Assembly: GCA_976551045.1 (NCBI GenBank)
Contig: CDPCPM010000233.1
Coordinates: 62,001-126,000, forward strand
Source of the DNA: Glaucostegus cemiculus
Taxonomy: Eukaryota
Direction of reading: 5' to 3'
Length of the DNA stretch: 64,000 bases
Part shown: positions 49,914-63,169 of the stretch, piece by piece
Layout: each line of letters opens with the position of its first letter
How positions within the stretch are numbered: position 1 is the stretch's first letter
Position numbers and translations under genes: made by a program
The notes under the pieces: model-generated
What the model saw: the letters and a program-made list of their open reading frames with translations, nothing else
What the model was told of the DNA's origin: nothing
The model's database searches: none

Positions 49914-52900
49914 GTAAGAGCCAGGTGAACACTGTCAATTAAAAAAAAATGCTTTCACCTAATTGTACTGGGTAATAAGAATACAACTGTTGATTTTGAG
50001 TTCAATATGGTTGGCTAAAATTTCATTGCATATGAGGAGACAGTTTTAAGGAGACTTGTAGCCATATACTTTTGAGTTCTTAAAACCTGGCAGTAATTGA
50101 CCTAATCAGAATTTGTTTCCATGATCTACATCCCTGTATTCAAAGCCTTCCACAACAGGATACGTTTGACCAGCCCAGTTACACCTTGCTGAAGTTGTCT
50201 GTGTTTCTATTTCTACTGCTCTCAAATGTTGATTAATACCTAAAACCAATCAAAGCCTAAGCAGTAGAAGTGTGTATGAAGATCTATAATATAAAGCAGT
50301 GACCTGGTGTTCTTCTGTCTATTGTTAATAGAACTTTTCAGATGCAGGCAGATAAGAAATTCCATAATTATTTTTTGTGAAATTGATCTAGGGAAATATT
50401 TAAGTAATTAAATAGGAATCTACAGTGCAACTTTGTACTTGTATTAAAAAATTATGCTTCAGTTTTGTTTTAATGTTATTATACCAAATCAGCAAGGATT
50501 TTAATATTTGCTTCAAGTATTATTTTCATTTTAATTCACTTGCAGGGGTGTTTTTTTAGGTGTTTTCTCTAGGAATTTGCATCATTTATCCTTGGCAAGT
50601 AAAAGTAGTAAATCTGGCTGTAAATGGCTCTCTGCATTTCCAAAATCAATCTATTCCCATTTGCTGCATTCAAAACTTTTTAAGATGGCCATTTTTCATC
50701 AACTGAAAATGTAACATTAAATGTTCCACCCTTGTAATATTTAGATTTGCATCCAATGGCTTTTTTGTTCCACCACAATGGAGTGGTAGAGAGATGGCAG
50801 ATACTGAGCAGAATACTGACCCAGAGCATTGAAACCTTTCAAGGTATATCAGAATTAGCCAGCTCTGCTGTAGGTCATGCGTCTTAAATATTGGTGCATT
50901 ATTTTTCTTGCTCTCTTCCCTCATTACTATAGTTTTATCCCAATGGCAAAGCTGGCTTTACTGGATCAGATTTCCTAATCTCATAATCCTCTACCCTACC
51001 ACTATGCAACTTTTCCTCTCCCAGTTCTGATGAAGGATCTTTCTCCCTTCGTGGGTGCTGTCTGATTCATGAAGTATTTTCCATTTTTTATTTCAGATTT
51101 CTGGAATCTGCAGTTTTTTGATTATTTTCATTGTGGTTTCATTTTGCGTTTGTTTCAGTAAACAATTTGATAAACTGAATGGTAATCCTTCCAAGTCATA
51201 GTTGTCAGGTTCCACCAAACAGACTAGGATGGCCCCAAATTTGATCCAGCTGTGGGGATGCAATAAGAAAATTAATCCGTTTTTTTAAAAAATAGGACAC
51301 GTATTTTGGTGTTGAGGCATAGACCAGAAAAAAAGGGGAGATTGAGCTTTTAAACCAATAGAATCCTTTTTTGAGGTGTAAAAAATATATATATTTAAAC
51401 TATGCATTTTGTTGCAACAATTTAAATGTTTTTCAGTTTGCAAACCTTGGGTTAGGAAGGATAAATGGGGGTAATGCAGTGGGTGCAGAGCTAGTAAAAT
51501 GCCAGCAATAAAAGGTTCTTGAGAGTAAACAGGGTTCTTTGGAGTAAGGACTGAGGGGAGATCTCATGGCGATATTCAAAATTGGGATAGTATGATAGGA
51601 AAGTCAGTTTAGCAGAGATTTAGTCTTTTGGATCTGTTGGAACCTTCAGAAAAGGTCGTGGGAGCAGGATCTGTTTTAATTTTAAGACGTGAATGCTAAA
51701 AAAATGGTTCATGGAGTAGTTTGAGACTGGGCTCTTTGTATTGAAGATTTCTTACATAGTTATCCATTCACTGATTTTTTTCAGAGATATTAATATAAGG
51801 GGAGCATTAAAACCTTTACAATTTAATGAAATCTGGAATTAACTCTGCAAACTTCAAGGACTTTAAGCATTTTGCTGACTGCAGTACTGTAAATTTTATA
51901 TAGGCTTTGAATTATCCACCATTTTCCCCCTGACTAAGGGATTTATTTTGTCAAATATAGGAACAGAAGACTTGTGCTTACATGTTGAGTATATGTTGAA
52001 CAAAATGGAAGCCCTGTGATCAATGGTTGTAACATTCAAGTGCAGGTGCAATATTCTAACCTTCCCAGACCTGCTGTATAGTAGTTGTATGATATTTATA
52101 CATCTTGGTCAGGAACAAAGTAATGTTTTAAAAAAATAACATGTTTTGATTGAAATTTGCATTTGGAACAGCCAAGAGCCATCCAAGCTTTTGTGTTTCC
52201 TATTTTCTTGTTAGGAAATGTGTAATAGATTGTGTTTTCCTACTCTTAACTCATTGGTTTTATTGCTTTAATGTTCTGTGTTTGTAAATTAGGCTCTTTG
52301 GTGCTAGGAGAAAAGCAATAAAGGAAGTTTTTAAATCAACATAACTATTTCAAGGTGGTTTTTCAAATAAGCTTCTAACATTCATTAAAATGTGTATGAA
52401 CAGTGAATTTAAGCATAGTACTAAGTTTTTATGCCAGTAATTTCTGTCCTTGGAACAATTTGATATTTGGTATGGAACCACTGTAGACGAGTTTTGCTGA
52501 TTTGAGTTTGTTAGGACACTAAACTATTGTTTGAAACAAATATTTGGGTAAAAATCTTAAATCTACCAGAGAGGTTCTGCTCTCAAGCACATTTAGGGAC
52601 TTGCAAACTTCATCTAGTAAAAGGAATTGATGTAGATGTATTGTGTTGCAAATTCCAAATGCATATTTAAAATGTTCTGGGTTCCAATCTTTGCTGACAT
52701 CTTCAAAAGTAGGAAAGATTTGAGATTCATTAGTGCAAATCTGTAGCAATAGAATGAGACGGAGTGTTGGATTCCCATTTACTTTAAAAGTTATACTATT
52801 ATTTCAGGCTTTTGTCTTATTTTTGATAGTAAGTTAATTGAGAAGATGACATTGCTTTAAGATCACTTTAGGATGACAGATGTTAACATGGATTAGTATT

Positions 52901-53163
52901 AATTGCTGGAAGAATAAATTCAGTGTCCTTGTCTTTCTTCAAAGTACCATGTAGCAAGATTGCCGAACCCTTGTATCTGCCATTTGACCTTTTGTGTTGC
53001 ATGTTTCAAAACTGATCAAGTGTATCTGAGGAAATGCATATCGCTGCAAGTGTTTCTTCCTTATTTTGGATTCCCAGTTTCTATTGCTGCCAGCTGCCTG
53101 CAATGACAATGACTTGTGACAATTCGTTAGGCTTCTCATTTTAATATCTTTTTCTGTTGACAG

Positions 53164-53283
53164 TGAATGGTCCCAGTGATGAAGTGTACCCAACTGTCTA
53201 TACTGGTAAAGTGTTGAGGCCATTGCGCAGTGTCGATCCACAGCAGGCAGAGTATCAAGGACTTGTTGAGATTACAGAGGAAG
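53164..53283 (+). CDS. CSDE1: CSDE1 coding exon 14
   Basis: ttgacag|TG...GAAG|gtgaat; (V)NGPSDEVYPTVYTGKVLRPLRSVDPQQAEYQGLVEITEE; 120 nt. Confidence 0.96.
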
Positions 53284-54410
53284 GTGAATTTCTCCTGTGT
53301 GCATTATTTCAAAGTTTGATGTGATTGTGGGTGGAGGAGGGTGTCAGAGGAGTGGCTTCAAACTACTAACTCTCTGGTGTATACCTACTTTTAAAAGCTT
53401 CATCCATGTCTTAGTCTGTTCCTGGTCAGTCAGCTATCCTCCATTCTGTGCAGTCTTCAGTTTCTTCAGAATTCCTGCATTAAGATGTTTTCAGCTTTCA
53501 CTCCAGTTTTAATAACTTGGATTTTGGTTCCCAGATCCCCCTCATAATTTTCATTCATGTTGTAAACCCCCCCCCCCCCCCCCCCCCCGATGCAGTGCTA
53601 AAAATGACCTTTCCTCAACTTTTGTGTTGGTACCATGTTTTCTCCCCCCTTCCCCCACCATTGTGGTTTTGTCACCTTAGTGGCAGCAGTGCTTAAACTC
53701 CATCTCCCTGTTGTCCCTTATAACTTTACTTTCAAAATGTACCTCTTGCCAAACTTAGTCACCACTTCCAATTACCTGTATCTGGTTATACTTCTGAAGC
53801 CTCTTGCATTTTTTTCTAAAGTTACTATTAAAACATTCTCAGTTTGAGTACTAAAAGCTCTAATGATCAGAATAAATGCTTAAATTGGCATTCTTCAATG
53901 CAAGCTTCTCTCAATTAGATCTTTTCCTTGATCCTACTTTGAGCTAAAGTGTATTAATATTTATATGGTTTTGTTCCTCTTATATCCCCTCCACCACCCC
54001 CATGCACAAAATTCTCTGACCTTCAGACCTTAAGATGTTGCATCTTGCAATTTGCAAATAGCTATTTATGTGCAAGCCTATACAATGATTTTTCAGTGTA
54101 GATTAAAATCCTGATCTGTCCCCTCAATGTTTGCACTTTCCAGTTGATTCATTAAAAAGCAAAGGGCATTTTTTTGGACATCCTGGACCGTGATGCACAA
54201 ATCACTTATGGTTTCAAGTTTGCTCTTAAATTGTGTCTGCACTACTTGATCTTGCTGGCTTGCTGCATTAGTTAAGCTATCGGTGGTGGAAGGGGAAAAA
54301 TAAATTCTGAAAAGGCTGAATTCATTTTTTCACAAATATTAAACCTTCATGCAACACATTGTTAGCTATTTATACTGTTTGGTACTGAGGTGTTTTGTAT
54401 GTTCTTGCAG

Positions 54411-54589
54411 GGACTACAAAAGGTGAAGTATATCCTTTTGGCATAATCAGTCTGGCAAACAAAACAGATTGCCTTCAGAAGGGTGAAACTATTAAGTTCC
54501 AGCTATGCACCGTGGCTCAGACGGGACAGAAATTGGCCTACAATGCCACACCTTTACGGAGAGGCACTGTGGACTGTGTAAAAGACCAG
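54411..54589 (+). CDS. CSDE1: CSDE1 coding exon 15
   Basis: ttcttgcag|GG...CAG|gtgaga; (G)TTKGEVYPFGII...PLRRGTVDCVKDQ; 179 nt. Confidence 0.96.
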
Positions 54590-56279
54590 GTGAGAGTTGA
54601 TGTTGACTGTTTGGCTTAATTCCTGACTCGGCACCTGGACTTTCTTGTTTTTCTTCCTTTCACTTGTCTTTAAAGCTGGTGCAGTTATGTTTAACGGTGA
54701 GACTCTGCCACAATAAGAGATCATTAGACTGACTTATCCAGACAAAAAGGTGGAAGTTTGTGGACAGGCCAACAATTTCCTGAAGTTGGTATGGGCAAAT
54801 GCAGAGTTGCTTGATGACGGGCAGCATTGAAATACATAAGGCCTGCAAATCTTGTGCATTTAAAAAAAAAAAGGCATTTGCTTTTAACATTTGTTTGATA
54901 CTTGATGTGATTTATCATAAATTAGTTGAGTATAATCTAATATTTGTAATTGTTGCAATAGAACTGTGATAAGGGAGATCCTTGTCTACTTGATATGTGA
55001 TGTGCTGTTTACTGCCCTGATTTTTGAGGAATAATTGGAGATTTGTATTTTAGCTATCGTGAAATTGCCATGGTAGCTTAAGCATATTGCAAAGTTTTGA
55101 AGATTTGAGCAAACCAACAGATCTGGTGCCTTTAATAATGAACTTCAGATTTGATACAACTTTTTTTTATGTTGCATAGTAATACAGATGGCCTTTATAT
55201 GACTGAGTTTTGATGAGTATACCACATACTGTGGTTACAAAGATCCCAGCATTGATTCATTCTGTGTCCAGACTGAGTTAGGCCAACAGTACTGGGAGAG
55301 AAGGTGGAGGAAGGTATTGCAGCAAATAAATAAGCCACGGTCCTTGAAATTGGTGAGAATACCGGAAAGGCAATCTCTTGGTATCAGGTTAGAATACAAT
55401 TTGGTTACAGTATGACATCACACTAAATAACCCATTGTGGAATGGCTGTTCGTTATCTAGTGGTAAAAATAGATCAGTTTATGTCCAGATAAACAATTAT
55501 GTGATGGAGTATAATTGAGTGATTATGGTGGCGCAGCTTTTCACAGGCCTGCTATTTTCATGTCTCCAGTTGTCATGGATGCCTGGTAGTTCAGTTGCTA
55601 TGGGGATTGGAATCTTGAATAAGAGGAAAGTGGGCAGTTGAATATCTGTTACTGGGATTTGAATAAAATTTTATAATTTTTATAATTCATCCCAGTGTTG
55701 CTTACATTTCCCATCTATGCCCCCTGGTTTGGCTATGATTCAATAATTGGTTTTGAACCAATTAATTGGTCATCTCCATGATTCAAGTGTCTTTCAAGGA
55801 ACAATTTTGGTGTTCTGAGTAAAGCCTGGTGTTCTTGGCATTGCTGCTTGTTGAGTATGAGATGTATTCTGTTAGTTGCATGAACATGGTGTTGATCTTA
55901 GAGTTTTAATTATTGAAGCTGGTTGTGTGGCATCAATGCAAGTGAGTCTTTGCACAAAAACAGACCAGCAAACCCTACATCTGCTGTTACACTCAGTGGT
56001 AGGATCTCCAGTTTGAGGATGTGAGAGATACTAATGTGCTATATAAGTCCACTAACATCTGTCTAGTGCACAATTAGGAATGAAATTTCTGGGAGATGTT
56101 CAATGCAAAAAGAATAAAGTACCCCTTCTCTAGGATTCTAATTGTGATGTGGAGAGATGTCCACATGGACAACATCAACTACCCTACCCTCATCAATCAC
56201 CTTTGTCACCTCAACTCAATTGATTTTGTAAGAAATTATCTTCTTCCTCCACCACCCTCCCCCCCCCCCCCCCCCAACA

Positions 56280-56440
56280 GCCATGCTGACTATCCCTGAT
56301 TGGCCATGTTTTTCCAAATCTGCATGAATCCTACCTCGAATCCTTTCCGATAGCTTCCTACCATTGATGTGAGCCCTATAATTTCCTGGATTAACCCCAT
56401 TTCCTTTTTTGAACAAGAACCAGGAACAATGTTGGCTGCA
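56280..56440 (-). mobile_element. CR1 ORF2 fragment
   Basis: Minus-strand remnant FKKGNGVNPGNYR...ERIRGRIHADLEKHG. Confidence 0.7.
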
Positions 56441-56700
56441 ACAGTGGCCAGTGTACCTTTTTGAAGCGGGCTGCTGTATGCCAATCTAACATTTAGGTGC
56501 CAGTCTATAAATGACCTGTTATGGATCTTGCAGAACACATTCATACCCAATAGCATGTAATGGTATCAGTCATTTTTCAGCTGAACTAATTGCTTTTTAT
56601 TTACAACTGCAGTCTGAGGCACTGAAATGAAAATGACCTGTCCTTTGTCAAACATTCTGCCTGCTTTGTCCCTAGTCCCCTAAATACAGAAAGCTAATAC

Positions 56701-56930
56701 GGGCGGCACGATAGTGTAGCAGTTAGCGCAATGCTGTTACAGCGCCAGCGATCAGGGTTCGATTCCCGTCGCTGACTGTAAGGAGTTTGCGTGCGTTTCC
56801 TCTGGATGCTCTGTTTCCTCTGAAAGACGTATGGGTAGGTTAATTTGGGGGTTTAAAAAAAAAATGGGCGGGGTGGACTTGTTGGGCCAGCCTGTTACCA
56901 CGCTGTAAGTAAAATTTTAAAAAAATTTAA
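56701..56930 (+). mobile_element. tRNA-derived SINE, relatively young
   Basis: A-box-like tagtgtagcagttag, B-box GGTTCGATTCC at 56756-56766, retained CpGs, CR1-like tail gggccagcctgttaccacgctgtaa and an A/T-rich end. Confidence 0.85.
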
Positions 56931-58454
56931 TAACAAGCAACTGTTTCACTTGATTGTGGAAAAATTTTACCATTGGTGCCTACAACTTTAGTCGTGCACT
57001 TTACTACATCAGTGGCCTTGAAACAGAGGAAACAAGTAGTTTGGAAATGAGGTGGGTGGTGATGCTTAAGCTTGTGTCTTAAAACATCCCCTTGAGATAG
57101 CAGGTGATTTGTTTCCACCGCAGTTCTGTACAGTAGAGATGTTTGTGCTTGAGTCCTTTGATGTGCAGTGGTTTTTGCACACCAGTTACCACAGGGACTT
57201 GACAGTTACTGGCCCAATGGCAAGGAAGTGCAGGACATTGTGAAACTAGGCTCTGCCACACAAGTTGGTGGGCAGTTTGACCATATTTATACATGGATAG
57301 GTGCCTATTATTTTGCCTGGACTATTTTTCACCCTCCATCATGGCACACCTCCTCTTTCAATCACTCTCCCCTACCAACTTGGCTCCTTATTTTCCCTGC
57401 TGTTCCTTTTGCTACCTCTCCTCCCCACAGACCTCGCATACCACATCTTCCAGAGGACTGCTTACTCTGAGACCATGTACTGACTGTTATTTGCTGTCTT
57501 CAGTGCTGGTTGCCTATTGCACAAACTCTCCTGCCAAAGTTCCAGCAGCCACGTTATCTAATGTGTCCCAGTTCAGACCTTAGCTGACTGCCACTATCAC
57601 ATGGGAGAACCTCTGGCCACTGGCTGGTGCTGGCTGCTATTGTCAGATCGTGGTCTCCTGGTACTCTGGGTGGGATGGTGAATCCATGGCTGTTGGCTAT
57701 ATAAATATCCCTGCCCTAATTCGTAACAAATATTTTGGAAGCTGTTGCTATCTTTGTTCCAAAAAGCTATTTGTTTTGAATGACTGAACTATTTATAATT
57801 GTAATATTACAGGTATGTACCTCAGATTACGTGATGTTGCATCAGTCGTGAGATTCGGTGCTTTTCAGAGCTGCAGTGAGATTTTTCTGGACAGAAGGGA
57901 ATCTCCTGCCACATATGGAATGTACATAACATTTTAATCTGAGCAGTTCTCATAACAAATTTGATTTATATTTTGTAAGATTAGTTTTTTTGCCTACAAT
58001 ACAAAGTGCTCAGCCTAGCCCTGCAGGAATGGTTTCCAAGGGAGTAATTTGCACTGCATTTTTGAAGAGGGTGTATTGAGGAGTGTTAAGTTTCACTGAC
58101 TGCACTAATAGATCTATGCACTGCTAACTTGGCTCCATCACCTCTCTCTCCAACAAGCACACAGAGTCACAGGATCCTTTTGCTGAATAGAATTTGTATT
58201 CCCACTAACAATGAGCAAACCTTAACACTTCATTTTACACTAAACTCAGCTTGTTTCTGTTAATTACAATGTCCAAGAGAAAATTGGCCAATTAAAATGC
58301 ATGTTAATCATTCCCTTAACTGTGCCAAATGTGCAATAGTTTTTAATCCTGTGAATAGGTCGAAGGAATTGGCTACACAGTAGAAAATATCATGGGGAAT
58401 GAGTGACTTGATTTTTTTTAGAAGTTTGCTCATTTATTTATATAAAAGGCAAAA

Positions 58455-59200
58455 TGGGGAATCTGAAGTAAAAACAAAATGCCAGGTATGCTGAGCAAGT
58501 TGAACAACATTTGTAAAGGGAAAAACAAAGTACAGGAAGCATTGAGCAGATCATCTCAGAGGCAAAACTCCAGCTCTGACACATTCTCATCGCCCTCTCA
58601 GATCTTCCCTATCCTCTGGCCCAGATGCTCAAGTAGGACTGTTCAGGCTGACCTGCTGCAGTCTATTCTTACCCTAGTTCCTACCTTAATTCCATCCTCC
58701 CTCACCTGGTCTATGATATTTCAGATGCCATTCACTAATTTGAGTTTCCAGTTTCCTGGTTTTGCTCATGTCCACTCCCTTTTATCTTTTCTAGCATATA
58801 TTGAAGACTGGTGCTTTTTCTACACATACAGAGCTCTAATTTCATCACTTCTGCCAGTTTGCTCCCTGCTCTTAGCTTCATCTTTGACTCTTCTTGGATC
58901 TCAGCTTCCATCTGGGGATAAGCTAGCCACACACACCTATGTACAAACCCAACAGCTAATTTGACTAAATTTCCTCCTGCATTCCATTCTCCCAGTTCCT
59001 CTGTCTCTTTAGAATTCACTGGTGGTCTGCTCTTTAATTCACTATCCCACTCCCACTCTGACCTATCCATCTGTGGCTCCTGTTGCAACAGGACCCAATG
59101 CACGTTTTTGGAACAATACTGCATCTGTCAGGGCTCACTTTGGCCTTCCAGCCTGCACCACACCCCAAAATGGCAAATCCTTTACCTTATCCCACTTAAT
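58455..59200. mobile_element. Degenerate Penelope-like fragments in mixed orientation
   Basis: aatctgaagtaaaaacaaaatgccagg...ctgagcaagttgaacaacatttgt, and cactcccactctgacctatccatctgtggc (reverse of the 8380-8420 motif). Confidence 0.45.
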
Positions 59201-59568
59201 CTCTAAGTACCCATGTGCTACTATCTGGTTGCCAATCTCGCACCCTAATGTGACTTAATCCCTAATCGCAACTAGATACTACCCTGTCCCTGCATGTAGG
59301 ACTTCATTTAAGACCTGCATTATGAAATTCCAATAACTACCAGTTTCCTCCATGGAGGAGGGATAGGGTTGTGCAGAGTCCTTCAATTTCTCACTCTGGT
59401 TTTTTACTCTCATTGTATCATTTTGCGAAAAGCTGCTCTGCAGAAGGTGGTTCCTGAAGAACATTGTAATCAGAACTAGGTCTATGTGCGCTCTGTGATT
59501 TAGTTGTTCAAAAAAAGTGTGTGAATATTTGTGTATAATGAACATGATGGTGACTTGTGTCTTCCCAG

Positions 59569-59732
59569 TTTGGCTTCATTAATTATGAAGTTGGTGATGG
59601 TAAAAAGCTGTTCTTCCGTGTGAATGAGGTATTGGATGGTGTGGAGCTTCAGCCTGGAGATGAAGTAGAGTTTTCTGTCATCTTAAATCAGCGTACAGGA
59701 AAGTGTAGTGCCTGCAATGTATTCCGTGTCAG
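59569..59732 (+). CDS. CSDE1: CSDE1 coding exon 16 (last CSD)
   Basis: cttcccag|TTT...AG|gtaagc; [54 protein letters not shown]; 164 nt. Confidence 0.96.
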
Positions 59733-60799
59733 GTAAGCTTCTGGTAAATCCACACCATAGACAATGATAAATCATTAATCAAATATTACTATGTTCTTTG
59801 CAGGTGGGGGTACAGTATTTTGTCCTCTTGGTATTGAATTAAGATTACAATTGTATGACATTTTAAATACTAGGTTACATTTGCTTTTTCTCATGACTTA
59901 TTTTGGCACTCTGCAATGATGGACCAAATCCAATTTTAGCTCCCACTGTTAAATTCTAACATATACATTGTAATACACATCTGTCCCACTCTCATGCATA
60001 TAAACTGGTTCAACTGCACAAGGACACCTTGCTGCTTTTGCACTTGTGCTTCTGTGTATTTGCTGTCCCCTCCCAGCACCAATTTTCCACATCAATTTGT
60101 GCTGTGAGGTAATTGGATTGAGATTTGTCTCATTTCATTCAAGGTCCTTGCAGCAAAATCAATAAATGAATCAGATTTTGGATATGGCTCTGCTTCCCCA
60201 TGTGGAGATTTAACTAACTTCCTTCCTGAATAGCAGGATTACACTTACTACCTTTCAATCTGTGGGAACTGTTACAAAAAAAAACCTGGAATTTGGAAGA
60301 TAAGTGCAAACCATCTATGGGAAATGGTGATGCTTTTATGAATATGCTGATTGCATGGGAAATTGTTCAAAAAATGAATGTATTATCACATTCTAGTACT
60401 CAATGCATAAACCTTTTAAATTGCTAAACAGTCATCTCCTTGCTCCTTAAATAACAATTTTTTTACATTGCCTTACATTACTGAAGGATGTTCAATTCTG
60501 GTAACAACCTGATTTTCCTGACTTCAAATTGTTTCTGCTTTCGTTTGTCAGCAGAAACTGAAACTTTCCTGTAGAGCTGTAAAATCTGATCAGTATCTGC
60601 ATGGAGAGCTAGCATATCATGCCAAATGCAATTATTCAATGTAAACAGTGCTGCCGTTTGAAATGTGATTCGAATTGCTTTGCTGTTGGTAACCTATGTC
60701 TGTAGAGAAAAGAACAAAATATTTACCATTGTCTAATAACTCTGACAAAAATGCAGTTAATTTAAGTTTGGACTTGTCAACTTCATTGTTTAGATTAAA

Positions 60800-61585
60800 C
60801 TCAAAAGGTGAGTTTATTGTGCAATGAAAAACTTGCCTGCAGTATTATCACAGGCACATAGCATCAGGTAAGCAGCATTCACAAGAAAAACAAGTTCTGC
60901 ACAATTTTTACAAAGGACATAATTAGAACGGTTAATTGTAATGCAAAGTGATCATAGTGTTGCTATAGTAAGGTAGTGATTAGGGTTTTGCCAGTTTGTG
61001 CGAGATCTGAATGGTTAAAGGAAAGTAGCTGTTCTTGAACCTGGTGTGGGACTTCAGGCTTCTGTACCTCCTGCCCAGTGGTAGCTGTGAGAAGATGGTA
61101 TGGCTTGGATGGTGGGGATTCTTGATGTTGCCGTCTTGAGGTAGTGCCTCCTCCTAGACACCACTAATGGTGAGGGATGTGCCCATGATGTATTGGGCTG
61201 AGTCCACTACTCTCGGCTTCTTGCATTCCTGCACAATTGAACTGTCATACCAAACCATGATGCAACCAGTCAGGATACTTCCAGCAGTACATCTGTAGAA
61301 GTTTGCTGACATACCAAATCTCCTCAACCTCTAAAGTAAAGATGCTGGTGTGCCTGCCTTTGATGGCATCTATGTGCTGGGTCCAGGGCATGTTAACACC
61401 CAGAAACTTAAAGCTGCTGACCTTCTCCACTGCTGATCCCCCAGTGTAGACTGGTGCATGTTCCCCCTCCTTCCCCTTCCTGAAGTCAACAATCAGCTCT
61501 TAGTTTTACTGACATTGAGTAAGAGGATGTTGCAGCATCTCACTCCTGTACACTGACTAATCACCAGTGATTTGTCCAACAGTGG
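60800..61585 (-). mobile_element. Rex/Babar- or L2-type LINE fragment
   Basis: Minus-strand remnant EKVSSFKFLGVN...WTQHIDAIK; same 3' motif as 46533-46810 (cttcaggcttctgtacctcctgccc...ggtagctgtgagaag). Confidence 0.78.
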
Positions 61586-62602
61586 TCCTATATTTGCAAG
61601 ATTGGTGTCTTTCTATCATGACGCTAAGATTTTCTCTATCATTGCAAAACATGTTTAGTAGTGACTGACACTAATGTGAAAGCATCAGTAGCATTTCCTT
61701 AACTGCACAAGTATTTGAGATCACTTGTAAACAAGTTATGAACAAGCTACTTAGCCCCTTGAGTCTGTTGCACCAGTTACTGTAAAGCTCCATTAAATTG
61801 GTACACTTTTGGGGTCACACCTGTATATTTTCCAGACCATCAGATGTTCTGTTAATACTCCAACACTATTAATTTGCTTTTTAACGTTGCATAGAATATT
61901 TTTTTGTGGATCAGGTGAGTTTCAAGGGAGTGTTGGGAAACAGAACCAACTGTGGGTCTAAAGGAGCATGGAAACCAGGGCACTGGTGAGTGGGGAAGGG
62001 AGTGTGTGAATTAGAACCTAGTGAGCCAGATACTGAATCATTGGGATTTCCAGGCAGCAGATTAGAGTTCTGCTGTAATAATTTAATGGTTGATCGAAAT
62101 CTCAGTTTTACATTTCATGATCCTGTCTACTCATAACCTTTCGCTCCTTTATCAAGAATCTATCTTGGTTTAGAATAGGTTACTCGATTGTTTATAATGC
62201 AATTACAATAAGTGTAATGAAAGCAATTTAAGATGCACACTTTTTAGTATTTCTGTTAAAATGGCAAATTCCAAGTATTTCTCTTGATAGCAAGGCCGAT
62301 TCATTTTCAGGTTGAATGTTCCTTCCTGAGTCAGAACATGAGTTCAAAATCTCCCTTCAATTCCTTGATCAAACTATTCAGGCTGATGCTCCAGTGTGGT
62401 ATTAAATGTTAAGGGGTTGCCTTATCTGTTAAGTAGACTTAAAGCCTATTCTCTCATTTAGAGAAAAAATGATTGGAGTTTAAGAATTCTGATTGGCTTT
62501 ACCCTTTCCTGCCAAACCGTACCTTTTAAACAATGCAAATTGCATTAAGATGCACCACCATGACAGATGAAATTTCTCACAATGTGTATTTTTTTTATTT
62601 AG

Positions 62603-62732
62603 TGAAGGTTGCAAGGTGGCAGCTCCACGTCCTGACCGTTTAGTACATCGTCTGAAGAGCATCACCTTGGATGACGCAAGTGCTCCAAAATTGGTTGTTC
62701 TTCGCCAGCCAAAGGGACCTGATAACACCAAG
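62603..62732 (+). CDS. CSDE1: CSDE1 coding exon 17 (SUZ-C region; penultimate coding exon)
   Basis: ttttatttag|T...AAG|gtaaat; (S)[43 protein letters not shown]; 130 nt; no stop codon reached within the window. Confidence 0.96.
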
Positions 62733-63169
62733 GTAAATGCTATCAATTAACCTGTGTCATATTGCTGGTGATTATTCATTGGATGTTACATTAACTAGCA
62801 TCTGATATCTCTCCCTAATATTGGTCATCATTATAGAATAGATACCAAACCAATTCATGAAATTTGGCATAGTACAGGAGTTGTACTTTAAGATGTGAAG
62901 ATTGTTTTGGGAAAACACCACTGCATTTTTCTGGATATGGATCTAGGCATTTACCTGATAACTATTGCCCAAGTTGCAATATGGACATCTTGGCTCTAGC
63001 ACTTCCATTCTATTCACTTTACAACTATAAGTGTTATTCTCTTCAGATTTTCTTTCTGATGTATAAACTACCAAATCTACACTGACTCTGAACCACACCA
63101 CTCCCCCACCCACCACCAAATGTTGAGCTGAAGCATAGGATGAAGTAAGAAAAGTTCATATACTGAATG

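Noticed and set aside
56701-56775. tRNA gene
   Set aside because: A/B boxes continue into a SINE body and tail, with no complete cloverleaf.
58479-59258. Overlapping 78-161 aa ORFs as a nested gene
   Set aside because: They lie in decayed repeat sequence, have no recognisable domain and show low-complexity composition.
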